DNA from: Sarea resinae
Lineage: Eukaryota
Assembly: GCA_026026165.1 (NCBI GenBank)
Contig: JAPEUD010000018.1
Coordinates: 310,001-366,654 of the forward strand
Length of the DNA stretch: 56,654 bases
Direction of reading: 5' to 3'
Of the stretch, positions 38,257 to 50,941 are shown one piece after another. Position 1 is the first letter of the stretch. Each line of letters opens with the position of its first letter. The position numbers and the translations under genes were made by a program. The notes beneath the pieces were generated by a model, which saw only the letters and a list, made by a program, of their open reading frames with translations, was not told where the DNA came from and searched no databases.

Positions 38257-40105
38257 ATGAATAACTTGTTATGGGCAGCGCTGATTGCGCTCTTGTATCC
38301 CATCTATCTGCTTCTCCAGGTAGGAAAGCGCCATCCGCGCATGCCACCTGGGCCACCCACGGTTCCGATATTGGGAAATGCTCATCAGATTCCCCTCACA
38401 GGGTTGGGTAAAAGGTGAGCATGCATTCTTGTCTTCTCGAAAGGGCCTGATAAAGCCGTCGATGATTCCGAAATACGGATCTAACTTCGGCTTAAGATTC
38501 GCGGAATGGTCCAAGCAATATGGATCTGTGTTTTCGCTGAAAATCGGCCCGACGAACGTCGTTGTTCTGTGTGATCGAAAATCAGTCGCCCAACTTCTGG
38601 ACAAAAAGGGCAGCATCTACTCCGACCGACCCTTGGCAAGAGTTACCCAATTCATCACACGAGGAGACCATCTGACCTTGGAGGCCCAAGGACCTTCATG
38701 GAGAATGAAGCGATCAGTGGTAACCAATCATTTCAACCCAAAGCAATTGGATGACAAGCACTGGAAAGTTCAAGAAGCCGAGTACGCAGCCTCCTGCCCA
38801 GATTCTTTGTCCGCCGTTCATCATCGATCCGCAAAACTGACCAAAGACCGATCTTCAGGGCGGTCGTGTTCATGAACAACTTATTGAGACAGCCAGAGAA
38901 GATTTTCGACTTCGCCAAGTTGTATACCGCTAGTGTTGCTACCACTCTCATCTACGGACAAAGAGCAGCGAGCCTTGATTCCTTCTGGAACAAAGACGTC
39001 TACATACTCATGGATCATGTATGTTTCCACGGTTCAATCACGGTGCCCCTCCCTGGTGTTCTGGCTTACTAACTTGTATCGTAGTGGGTGGTAGCAGAGG
39101 AACCCGGAGCGAATCCTCCAGTTGACGAGTTTCCTCTCCTATGGTACTGGCCTGGCAACTGGAAGACGCGAGCCTACAAGACCCGTGCTCTAATGGATTC
39201 GACTTGGAGCAAAGCCAGAAGTATCGTGGAGGAAAGAAGAGCTAAAGGCAACAAGAGAGACTGCCTCATTGACGCAAAACTCGATGAGTACAACGCAAAA
39301 GGCTTCCCTATGTCGCAACACGCCTTCACCAACCTCTTTGGGGAACTCGTTGAGGCTGGGTCTGATACGACAGCCAACTCAATTTTGACCATGATCTTCT
39401 CTTTGGCGAAATACCCCTGGGTACAGGAGAAGGCCAGGGTCGAAATCGACAAGGTTTGCGGCTCAGACCGCGCCCCCTTGTTCTCTGACTTCAGCAACCT
39501 CCCATACGTCAACTGCATCGTCAAAGAAGGAATGCGATGGCGCCCAACGCATGTCTCCCCCTTTCTCAAACCCTATTCTGTGGTGCGACACTAACGCCTC
39601 TTACAGTGCCAGTGCCGGTCTTCCTCACAAAGTCACACAAGACGACGAATACGAAGGCATGTTCATACCCAAGGGCAGCACTGTCTTTGCCGGAATCTGG
39701 GCGATGCACCAGAATGAAACTCTCTATCCCAACCACGACACCTTCAATCCAGATCGCTACCTCAACCATCCGAAGCTTGCTAACGATTACGCTGTCGGCT
39801 CTGATTACATGAATCGCGACCACTACGGCTATGGGACGGGTCGCCGCATGTGCCCTGGTATCCATCTTGCAGAGCGGAGTATGTGGCGCATTGCAGCCAA
39901 ATTGCTGTGGGCCTTTGATATCTCTGAACCTTTAGACCCTGTCACGGGAGAGGTGATCCCATTGGATCCGGAGGCCTTCAGCAGTGCAATTTTGTTGGCT
40001 CCAAAGCCGTTCCAGGTGAGAATCGTGCCGAGAAGCGATAAGCATCTAGCTGCCATTGAGAGAGAATTGGCTGGCTCGTTAGATTTCTTGAGTCAGTGGG
40101 AGTAG
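38257..40105 (+). CDS. Cytochrome P450 resembling PatH/PatI (CYP619-like), 5 exons
   Basis: Membrane anchor, PPGPPTVPILGN, I-helix EAGSDTT, K-helix EGMRWRP, FNPDRY, heme motif YGYGTGRRMCPG; PGANPPVD as in PatH/PatI-type enzymes. Confidence 0.93.
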
Positions 40106-41699
40106 CGGAGGTTCGTCATGTTTTTGAGGCGGTTGAAGACGACAAATTGGAATCGAGAATAGTGTGATCCCTGCTTGTTTGTCCGGAGGAGTGTCCGAGA
40201 TCACCTTTTTGCGTACATACACGATCGTTGGAGGTATCAGAATGAAATATGCGGCGCGATTTGGTTTGCTGTGGATTTGATTTATCATCATGGTTTCTTG
40301 CATGCAAGTCAGTAATCCAGGGCCACGCAGAGCCTGACTATATCGAACCCACGATGTGTAATCTCATTCTACAACGTTCAAAACAACTTGACCAATACAA
40401 ACCACAACGCCAAAGAGCTTCATGGACGTGATACTAGGTGAAACTGCGCTCATTCGTCTGGGACTGCCCAAGATAGCGAGATTACGTATCTATCCGCCTC
40501 TGTCAGCTCTTGGACAATGTTCTTGTGTCTCCGTTCTTCTGCTCGCCCCTAATGCAGCCTCGATTTCCTCCCTTGCCACAATCCATGCCCTTGCCAGTCT
40601 CCCCAGGGTGACAAGTCCAGAAAAGTATTGAGCCCGGGAAATGAAAGCAACCCTACACCATGTGGGTGACCAGTGAGAGCGGAGCCGCCGGAGGCCAGAA
40701 GGTGAGGTTTGGTGCGGGATTTCAAGCTTGTGATGATGACGGAGACTGGAAGAGCAGGGTTTTGGGGTGCGGGATACAGACCGTAATTAGGGCAGCATCA
40801 GGAGCGATATAGGTGTGGACCCTACTATCGACCAGGATAAGATTACGGCAGACTTCCATTTGTGATTATTTCATTACCGGAAGAGTGGAGATATCGTACG
40901 TAAATGATCTTCCGTGCCCCTCGATTGGACATATCGAATACTCCTGTATACTTCTAGGGTACTAGGATAGGAGGACCAAGTGATGCCTCGGCCTCTGGGC
41001 ACACCCCTGTTACAGACGATTGGTGGCAAAACCTGTCTCTTGTCTTCTTTGTCTTCGTTTCTTTACATCATCCAAGAAACACGGCAGACTCACGGGAAGC
41101 AAGAATGATCAACGTGGGGAAATACGGGGAAATACAAGAATTGTGGGGATTGCTAGGGAAGCATGTCTCCACCAGGGTCAAGAATGAAGTCTGGACAGAT
41201 GTGTAGGCTATTGGAGGCCGTCATACCTCGCACATATTGCTCCTCGGATGGTCAAGCCATGACCGTATCGCCAGTATAAAACATACGGACTGACTTTGCA
41301 GCTATTTTGTGTCATGACCATTGACACGATCGCTCCAATCGCTCTAATTAGTCCGGCAGTCAGTTCTCGATTCTGTTCCTTCGCCTCTTTTCCCTGCTGA
41401 GCATGAGCACACGGCAGTAGAAACCCCTCGTGCTAAGTCGTCGCCCGCCACCTACTGAGATCCCACATTGGTCGGCACCCCTAGTTCAAATACGTGCCCC
41501 CGTCTAAAGCTGGGTTGGCCTCGGACGAGCTGGGTCCGCGTTATCAGGGTCTTTAGGCTGACCTAAGAAAGTATATTTGGAAGCTTATCAAGATACAGAA
41601 AAGGAGAATTTAGAAGATCACAATCTCAAGTCTCACATTACCTTATCCTCAGACGATTAACCAGAGGGTTTTATTAAGCTGTATCCAGCGTTAACGACA

Positions 41700-42579
41700 A
41701 TGTCCGATAGACAGTTGGTTGGTAAAGTCGCTCTCGTGACGGGTGCATCCTCTGGTATAGGCAGAGCATGTGCCCTTGCCCTGGCGAAACAGGGCGCAAG
41801 CGTCGTCTGTTGCGATCTGCGAGCCGAAGCGAACCCGCAAGGCTATGAGCCAGATTTGCATCTCACAACACCAGAAGTGATTGAGGGACTAGGTGGAAAG
41901 GCGATATACTATCGGGTTGATCTGGGTGATCTGAAGCAAATAGAGGCTACTTTCGAAACCGCAATCGGCGTACGATATCATGATCCAGAATGACCAAAGT
42001 TGATACCTTTCGCTAACGATGGTTCAGAAATTCGGCCGTTTGGACATCCTGATCAATTGTGCCGGATACTGGGCATCTCCCTTCAGAGACTTTGTGGATG
42101 AAACAGATCAGCTTTGGCAGAAGACCTTCGATGTCAACACTCTGGGCGCAGCCAAGGCATCTCGACTTGCGATCCGCCTGTTCAAAAATAACGACGTTGA
42201 TGAGACATGGGGTAGCAGAGGACGAATTGTGAACATCTCATCTTGCGCCGGACATGTCGCTATTAAGGGAGAGGTTGCCTACTCTGCAAGCAAAGCTGCT
42301 CTGAATCATATTACAAGAGCTGGGGCTATTGATCATGCCAAAGATAATATCAATATGAACTGCGTGGCCCCTGGAATCACTGCTACAGGCATTTCACGAG
42401 TCAACTTCGAGGATGAGAATATCATCAACAGTTGGAAGAAGATCAACCCATGGCCTCGCCTTGGCAAGGCCGACGATATCGCGAGCGCCGTGCTTTTCTT
42501 CTGTCTGCCAGCTAGCCAGTGGATAACCGGTCAACTCCTCCCTGTTGATGGCGGGTTTACACTGGGCATCGCGTCATAA
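41700..42579 (+). CDS. Classical SDR (FabG/glucose-dehydrogenase-like), 1 intron
   Basis: TGASSGIG, LDILINCAG, NISS, YSASK, VAPG and WITGQLLPVDGG; intron ~41970-42027. Confidence 0.92.
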
Positions 42580-43491
42580 GCAGATGGTGCACAAGTGTAT
42601 GAAATCAGATAGGCTGCATTTTCATGCTTCTGTTACTTTATGTAAGGTAGCTAGCTAGCAAATTGAATCAGATTGAAAGGAGAACTTGTCAAGGACTTTT
42701 CAGTCTCCGAACATGATAAAAGACCATAGATGAAAGCCAAGACGATTGGCAAAGAAAAAGGCAACAGAGAATTTGATTTGGATATTATTCACACGTGAAA
42801 AACCCCAAGCATCTAGACAAACCTGAAATTAACCGTTCTCTTCTCTAAAGTTCGTCATGCGCAACCGACCATGTTGGCAACTCGTCCTTTGCACCTTTCT
42901 CTCGAAGGTGGGCATCGCTGAGTCCTGGCACAATGAGCCCTAAGGCGTTGATGCGTCGGCAGAGGAACGTTCAGATTGGCCATGTTGATCTTAACAATGT
43001 GTCTCTCCGGACGCAGACCATGGCAGGGGGCGGAAGGCGACCCACCATGATGCACCATGCATATTGCGGGGTTAGGGTGACGTTACGGGCGATCGGCGCT
43101 TGCCAAAGCTAGCTGAGGATCAGGATCCGCGCAATAATCCGGGGTCAGGGGTGCTCCCCGCCAGACGCTAGCTGGTCGGGCGAATTTTCCGGAAACCCCC
43201 ACTCTCTATGGGAGCGGCCCAAAAGATCATCCTCCCTGGCTTCCCACATTTTCTTCAAGGGAAAGGAGAGAGCATTTATTTGCACGACTGGGGTACACCA
43301 GAGTCGTAGAAGGCTCCTAACACTGAAGCGAATCTAGCTACCTCACCTAGTACTAAGTACAGGGCCTACCGGTCGCTTATTTATATAAACAAATAGAGTT
43401 CACTTCCTGTATTTCCGCCCTCGAATCAATCGAGTTGAGGCACGCAACGGCGAACACGAAGAAATATTTCATTTTCTTGATCATTCTCGAT

Positions 43492-45258
43492 ATGGCTATC
43501 TCTGTCGCCGCAACGGCTTTATGCCTGGGCTTCGCTTTCTTGTTTTACAAATTAAGTCAGATAGGAAAGCGGCGGCCGAATATGCCTCCAGGACCTCCCA
43601 CGGTCCCGTTTCTTGGGAACGCCCTGGATATCCCGGGTGAGGGTTTTTACAAGAAGTAAGCATAGCCCTCGATGACATCCAGAAGTAGAAGCAGAATCTA
43701 AGATACCATTAGGATGAAAGACTGGGCTAAGGAATATGGAAACATTTACTCGCTGACCGTTGGCCCTACAAACATCATCGTTCTCTGTGATCGGAAAGCC
43801 GTCAGGGACTTGACCGATAAGAAGTCAGCCATCTACTCGGACCGACCAGAGGATTACGTTGGAAAGCTCCTCACCGGCGGTGATCACACGCTCATAGACG
43901 ACTATGATGCGGTCTGGCGCGAGAAGCGCAAGCAAATGGCTCGAGAATTGTCCCCCAAGAAATGCGACGAGAAGCATTCAGCCATCCAAGAGGCCGAGGC
44001 AAAATGCCTGTTATTTGGCTTCCTCGAAGACCCCGAGCTTTACACGGAGCACATCAAACGGACCACTGCCTCTATCGCCAGCATCATCACCTACGGTCAG
44101 CGAGCTCCGACGGTCGACCATCAATATGCCACACAAGTCTTCGAGATCATGCAGGAGTGGACTGAAGCCATGGGACCTGGCGCCAACCCGCCCGTTGATG
44201 TTTACCCGATCCTGAAGCTCATGCCAACCCGGTTTGCACCGTGGAAACAACGAGCTTTTCGGGTCAACAAGAAGATGGATGAGATATGGGGTCGGACTCT
44301 GAGCGCGGTGCGGAAGAGACGCGCCACCGGCGAGAAACGAGACTGCATGGCCGACAAATTACTCGATGAGGCCGAAGCTAACCCCGACTTCATCCTGGGA
44401 GATCATGCCATCCAAAACTTGCTGGGCGAGATGATCGAGGGCGGTGCAGATACGACCACGGCACAGCTTCGAACTTTCGTTCTGGCCATGGCGAGCTATC
44501 CGCGTGTTCAGGAAAAAGCTCAAGCCTTGATTGACGAAAAGATCGGCTCCGGCCGTTCACCCACATGGAAGGATTTTGCCGACCTGCCATATATCAATGC
44601 GATTGTCAAGGAGGGATTGCGCTGGAGGCCCGTCACCAGTGTCGGCTTTGCGCACAAGGTCCGGGAAGACGATACTTACGAGGGCATGTTGATCCCGAAA
44701 GGGTCGACCGTCTTCGTTGCGGTCTGGTGAGGACTCGACTACGTTGATGGCATGGGCAAGGGACGGCATCGCTAACACCTGATCGCAGGGCCTTGAACCA
44801 CGATTCCTCCCATTTTGCCAACGAGGACGAATACTGGCCCGAACGATACGAGGGCTTTGACAAGCTGGCGAACGATTACTCCGGAAGCGGAGACTATGAG
44901 GGGCGAGGTACGGCTTCTTGTCATCATCTTGCAGGCATGGGCAAGCTCACTGACAACACTACGACGGGTAGATCATTATACGTACGGTTCTGGTCGACGA
45001 ATCTGTCCCGGCATCCATCTCGCGGAGCGCAACCAGTGGCGGTCGATTGCGAAGATTCTCTGGGGATTCAAGATCTCGAAGGCGACGGATCCCGTCACAG
45101 GCAAGGAGATCCCCATCGACATCAACGGCTACAAGGAAGGTCTGGCGCAGGCTCCGTTGCCTTATGAAGTGCGCATCGAGCCTCGTAGTGCGGCTCATGC
45201 AGCCACGGTCCGTCGCGAATGGGCCGAGGCGAAAGAGAGTCTGGCGCAGTATGAGTGA
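43492..45258 (+). CDS. Second CYP619-like cytochrome P450, paralog of 38257-40105, 4 exons
   Basis: PPGPPTVPFLGN, LCDRK, PGANPPVD, EGGADTT, EGLRWRP, WPERY and YTYGSGRRICPG. Confidence 0.93.
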
Positions 45259-46280
45259 GTGAGCGAGGATGAGAGAGAGTCTGTATCGGCATCAACCAAG
45301 ATGACCGCCTGAAAGCCGTAGCAGATAGATCGACGTGTGATTGAATATGAAGTTGTTTTGCTTTCCAATGTCTTTTATGAATGAGACCTGCCGCCTCCTG
45401 CATTAGTCAGCCGACCCGAATCAGAGCTACGTGATGTACGGAGTACTGGCGACAAAGATTGTTGACGGCCAGCCCAGCACAACAGGAGCCAAGAAGGCGA
45501 TAATTCTGGGGGACCCCGAGGAGGATGATGTTTTCCAAAGGGCCACGTGACAAGGTTTCGCTTCCGGGGCATGGTATGACTCGGTTACAACTAGGCTGCG
45601 GCACGGCATGGGCTGCGGCTGGGGCACGACCGCTGGCTGTCCGATCCCTGTCCCTCGCCCGTCCGGCGTCCTCGGTAGGTACCGTCTAGTACCAGTCAGT
45701 ACCTAGCGGTACCTCGTTCGACCTAGTCAGAGCTGGCAGGTCCGAGCTCTGCCCAATGCATCGAGTCCATACACACCTCCCCATCCCATCATCCATCAAC
45801 GGACGTCGCTGATCGAGATCGCGTCGAATTTCCCTGCGAAACAATGAGAGAGTAAAAAGTAAAAAGTCCTAGTCCTGAGGCCTCACACCTGACGCGTCGG
45901 GTCAATTCAGGACAATGGCCACCGCCGCGGATCCAGCGGGTCATCTCTAATTTACCTTCTCCACTTGGCATATCGAACATCTCCCCACACTCATTGTGCA
46001 TGCCACCGAATCCCGAAGGAAGGACGAGCCCCCGGGAGAAGGGACAAGTCCCGAGGCCGGGAGGATGCGAGACTTGGGGTATAAAAGGCTGGCTGGAGCC
46101 CGTGCTGGAAGGGGAGCCTGGTGCTGGAGCAAGTCGTCAGCGTGAAGACTGAGAGGGAATTTGTACCGATTCAGGATCACCCCGAATCTTTATCTTTATC
46201 TTTCCCTGCATCCTGCTCGCCTCTCTTCTGTCTCCTCATACAGACGGTCGGTCCATCAAGGCTATCAATCCAAGGCCACC

Positions 46281-47171
46281 ATGGGTATCGCCGCAATGAG
46301 ACACAGGTTCGCCGAAAAGGCGGACCGGTTCGTCGACTCACGCTTCATGTCCGCCCGCACCTTTCAGCTCATCTGCGCCTTCTGCGGTATCCCTTGCTCT
46401 CTGCTCTTCCTGCTGGGCTTCGTGGCCGCGGACTTTCTCGCCCCGGTCAAGCCATGGTGGGGGGCGGAGCAGACGGCACACCACTACCAGGTGCATAAGA
46501 CAGGTGTCCGTGCCGGTGCTGCGCTCATTGGCCTCTCGGCCGTCTTCTATATGCCTTTCTGTACGGCCATTTCGGCACAGATGCGCCGCATCCCGAATCT
46601 CCACCACAGCGCGCGACAGCTCCAGCTGTCGGCTGCCTCGGCCGGGCTCTGGACCTTCATGCTTCCCGGCATCATCCTGGCGACAACGTCTTACCGGCCA
46701 TGGCGCGACGTCAACATCACCCAGTCGCTGAACGACTTCTTCTGGATCTGCACCTTGATGCCGTGGCCGACATTCATGGTACAGAGCTGGGTTCTCGCGT
46801 ACGCCATCCTCGTCGACCGACGGGCCAAGCCTTTGTTCCCCAAAGAGGTCGCCATCTACAACCTCATTATCCCCTGCCTGTGGACGCCGGCTATTGGCAT
46901 CCACTGCACTAAGCATGGCGCCGTGGCCTACAATGGCGGCCTGACCTTCTGGTGCCTCGGCGTCACTTTCTGCACCCAGCTCTTCGTCGAGTCGGTCTTT
47001 TTGATGCGTGCAATCTATTACCAACCCGAAGGGGGCGAGCAGCTCGTCGACATGTTCCCGACGCACAACGAGAAGGATCTCGAGGCTAACGGAAAGGACT
47101 TGGAGGCCCACGGACCCTCGGACCCAGACAGCGAGCCGAGTTCGACAGGAGCGCTCCATCAACAAGCATGA
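46281..47171 (+). CDS. Uncharacterised multi-pass membrane protein, intronless
   Basis: Strong context GCCACCATGG at 46281 and TATAAAA at ~46080. About 6 hydrophobic helices with motifs ISAQMRRI, SYRP, LNDFFW, AILxD...PLFP and NGGLTFW. Confidence 0.82.
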   Translation: MGIAAMRHRFAEKADRFVDSRFMSARTFQLICAFCGIPCSLLFLLGFVAADFLAPVKPWWGAEQTAHHYQVHKTGVRAGAALIGLSAVFYMPFCTAISAQMRRIPNLHHSARQLQLSAASAGLWTFMLPGIILATTSYRPWRDVNITQSLNDFFWICTLMPWPTFMVQSWVLAYAILVDRRAKPLFPKEVAIYNLIIPCLWTPAIGIHCTKHGAVAYNGGLTFWCLGVTFCTQLFVESVFLMRAIYYQPEGGEQLVDMFPTHNEKDLEANGKDLEAHGPSDPDSEPSSTGALHQQA

Positions 47172-47602
47172 GGGATAAACGGAACAAGGAAAGAATGGGT
47201 CGCGGAGGCAGGCAGAGAAGCGGTAGGGACAAACAAGCAGAGGTCGAAGGTGGGGTTTCAACACGGATAATCCTAATCTTCCCGACGAGTAATTGGAGGT
47301 CTAGGGCGAGAGGTAGAATGAAATTGAGGGTTTCCTTCCTGGCTAGGGGATCGCGCTAGGACGTATCACGATGGGTCCTTGTTTAATAGCGTTACAGTAT
47401 AACCACGTGTATATACGACGCGAGAATGACCGTTCGCATGAGTATTCTCTTCCCCTTGTGATGCCAATACTACCGCTGTGACTAAGTCTTCCTTCATCTT
47501 GTAAAGTCGGAACAGTTGTCCAACCCCGTTCTATAATCTCTTAATGCTATACCTATACTATTTCTCTATATATCATTATATATACATTATTAAATAATGT
47601 AA

Positions 47603-48275
47603 TCAATATAGACAGTGTTGCTGCTTGTTGCAAGGTACGCACGCCGCGATATTGCAGCTAGGACACCGAAATGAATACTTCGCACATTTCTTCCCACAGA
47701 AATAGCAGTTTGCAGGACCGTTTTTCCTTGGCCAGCCAACTTGCGGATGAGCACAATCAGCAAGAGGTGTACTTTCAACATGATGTAAAGTTGGACTGTG
47801 GACAGCAGCAGCCTTGAGATTTCGCGATTCTGCTTGCTCTCTTACTGTCGTCCATTTTCTGCGCAAGGTATCCTGTCGTTCCTCTATCACAATCTGCACG
47901 AGACGCTCGTTTGCCTCTCTTTCCTGTTGCTCTCTCATTTTCTTAGCTACTTCCTGCGACCGTTCCTCGGCCGCTCGCTCCTTATCCTTCCGTGGGCGTT
48001 CCTTTGCCTCTCGCTCCTGTTCGGCTTTCTTTTCTTGGTCCTCCCTTAGACGTTCTCTTGCTGCTCGCTCTTGCTGCTCTCGAGCCCTTCTACCTGCTTC
48101 CCTTGATAGTTTCTTGGCCCTTCTCTCTCTCTCTGCCCTTAATCTCTCACGTTCTAATCTCTCCGCTAATTTGCCGACCCTCTCAGCCTCTGCTTCTCTT
48201 TAGGCGACCTCTTCTGCAGCTCTCTGTTGTAGCCTCTCTTCTTTTAACCTTTCTTAGCTCTTCTCTCGCTTGTTA
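47603..48275 (-). pseudogene. Truncated gene: charged coiled-coil plus C-terminal Cys-rich putative Zn finger
   Basis: E/R/K-rich helix followed by CAHP...CYFC...CPSC...ACVPC. The upstream part is frameshifted and runs into RIP DNA. Confidence 0.5.
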
Positions 48276-48279
48276 GGCA

Positions 48280-50720
48280 TCTTTTTCTTTTTAGTATTAA
48301 ACCTATTGCGCTTGTATAGCCTATCCTTAATGCTAAATTCCTGACGATATAGACAGGAATTAATCGCCTATATAAAAATTAAGCGAATTTCAAATAATAA
48401 AGAGTAGACAGGAATTAGAACAGGATTTACCTTAGGGTTACACATTCTATTAACAATCTAGAAGAGTAGAGCCTTTAACCTGCTAATAAAAGTTGTAGTA
48501 TTTAATGCAATAAATTAAACAGTGTTATTAGATTAATAGAATTTAATAAAAAAGTGGTTTTATTAATCTAATACAAAGTAGAAGATTATATATAGTAAGT
48601 AGTATAGAATATAAAGTAGAGAGAATAACTATTAATAAGTAATACTATAAAGGCTACTATTAATAGAGGTGCTGTATACAGCTTAGTGTAGTGTAGAGTA
48701 ACTACCTAGTGTAGTCTAGCAACGTTTAGGTAAGCTAAGTAGAGTTATTATTTATATAGATTAATAGAGGCGCTAGCTATTAGAGCTAGCGTTTAGTGCA
48801 ATTATAAAGTTAGTACTTACTAGCAATATTATTAGTATTAGTTCTGTATTACTAGAGTAATACTAGTATGCTGCAGTATACTAGCCTATTTAATCGCGCT
48901 ATTCTTACCTACTCTACTATAGCTAGAAGTCTAAAGAGCAGCCTAATAATTCTAAACGCTCTACTAATATAGTAGTAGACTAAGTAAGATAGTAACAATA
49001 AATACATATAATACTATAAGGACTCTTAATACTCTACTAGTGTAAGAGATTAAACTAGATCGCACTAGATAAGTGCTAGATAGTCCTAAAGATATAGGAA
49101 CTACTAAATTATAATAGCGCTGCTATACTTAATAGTTGTTAAGTGTGTTACTATCTTAAGTCTTACTGCTAATATATCTTAGAGAACTTAAATAGGTAGT
49201 AGAATAAGTGTATCAATTAATATAAGCTATTAGCCTATAGCCTAGTAACTAAGTAATAAGAAGAAGAGAAGAAAACTAACACGCTAACTACTTGCTTAAC
49301 TAATTGCTAGAAAACTAATAACTAAATGTGTGTATAAAGAACTAATAATACTCTTTTTCTAAACCTTTAAGGAATATAACTCTACTACTAATACCTAATA
49401 ACTAAGCTATTACTAGTTTACCCTATTATATCTATTCTCTCTATAAGAGGAAGTTAGCCTATAATTTCTAAAAAGAAAAAGAAGATGCTTAACTATAAGA
49501 GAGTGTAGATAGGCATGCTATTATTATAGGTTCTCTTTGCATTTCCTAGTTAAGTAGTAAAGAGATAGATCTATTACTTGCCTATATAATTGCAGTAGTT
49601 CACCTATTATAAGATTGCTAGAATCCTCTCTAAAGAGATTTAGTTGTAGTAAGATTTAATTGTAAGCAAATTGTTATAGCTAGGCTGCTAAATAGAGCGA
49701 TCTATTACTAGAACTTAACTCTTAGTAGTAGCTTCTCTCTTTAAGAGTAGCTATTTCTATTAGCGCTAGCAGATCTTCTATGCTAGGTGTAAGTGATTCC
49801 TTTATACTTAGAGTAAAGAACTTAGAGTAAACAATTACTAATAGAGCTGCAGAGGTATATTGTTTCTTTAGTTAGTAAGGTAGGAATAAGCCTTTAGCTT
49901 TACGCTTATTAGGCTAGAGAGTGCTAGTTAGACTAGAAGATTTTAGGCTGATTGTGCTAAGCCTAGGCTCTAGAGTAGTTTGCCTAACTTTAACCTCTAG
50001 TAATAGCTTAATATCTAGTTAAGTAGGAAATTTTTATCTAGCTAGGCTAGAAGATATCTTAAAGAGATTATTATTGTTGTTGTCTTTAGAGAGCTATAGA
50101 TCACTATTATTATCTTCTACTAACACATTATACTCCTTTAAATACTAATAGGACTTTTCTCTATATAATTACTGCTTAGCTCTTTTAAACACTGTAAATA
50201 CTGCCTTATATTTTGTGATTGCTTAATGTCTCTACTTAGCTATAAAGAGCTTAGTAGTATTTATATCTAGTCTAAAGAGAATCGCTTGCTGTTCTATAAC
50301 CTCTAGATTGTTGTAGCAGTATTGCTTAACAAGTGCATCTAAAATAGCACTAAGCCTTATAAAAGAGACTGCTACGCTAAATTTGCCTAGAACTTAGCTG
50401 TGTATGTTTAGGTGCCTTAACAAGCTATTTAGCAAAGGAATAAGGTTATAATATAACACTAAGAGCTAATCCTAAGTGCCTAAGCCTAATATTTCTAGCG
50501 TCTAATAGTCCTTTTTACAACTATATGTTTAAGGTTAGACGTTTTTTTCGGGTTAGACAACTACACCTATATCTTAAGATGTTAAGCGATAATATACTAA
50601 ATTAAGATCTTCTTAATCTTTCTATCTAATTAGAATTCTAAAATTCTTTCTAGATAGTTGTATATAGAGGATTAAAAACAAGAGGTTTTATAGATTCTAA
50701 CGTTTTATTAGGGTAACTAG
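48280..50720. mobile_element. Heavily RIP-mutated transposon relic, class unresolved
   Basis: Very AT-rich, saturated with TpA/TAG/CTA, and no ORF of 60 aa or more in any frame. Confidence 0.7.
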
Positions 50721-50770
50721 GATTATTAAGCGAATTTAAGCGAATCTTAGGTACTTTGTACCTAGGAGAT

Positions 50771-50941
50771 ATCCTTAAACATTCTTTTAGGATACACCTA
50801 GATCCTTAAAGATTTTTTCGCGATCTTTTACACTTGCAAAATATCCTTAAACATTCTTTAAGGATACACCTAGATCCTTAAACATTCTTTTAGGATACGC
50901 CTAGATCCTTAAAGATTCTTTTAGGATACACTAGATCCTAA
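50771..50941. repeat. ~31-bp repeat ATCCTTAAA(C/G)ATTCTTTTAGGATACACCTAG, four near-complete copies plus partials
   Basis: Copies start at 50771, 50843, 50874 and 50905; partials at 50802 and 50935. Confidence 0.85.

Noticed and set aside
34555..47171. Calling this the patulin or yanuthone cluster
   Set aside because: No 6-MSA synthase, decarboxylase or other diagnostic genes; only the P450 family resemblance.
46338..47264. 308-aa antisense ORF, and similar shadow ORFs over the NmrA, MFS and P450 genes
   Set aside because: Expected by-product of GC-rich codon usage on the sense gene.
48280..50720. Assignment of the AT-rich relic to hAT or another specific superfamily
   Set aside because: Too heavily mutated to read catalytic motifs reliably by eye.
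50771..50941. CRISPR-like appearance of the 31-bp repeats
   Set aside because: Units are mostly directly adjacent without unique spacers, there are no cas genes, and the context is eukaryotic.
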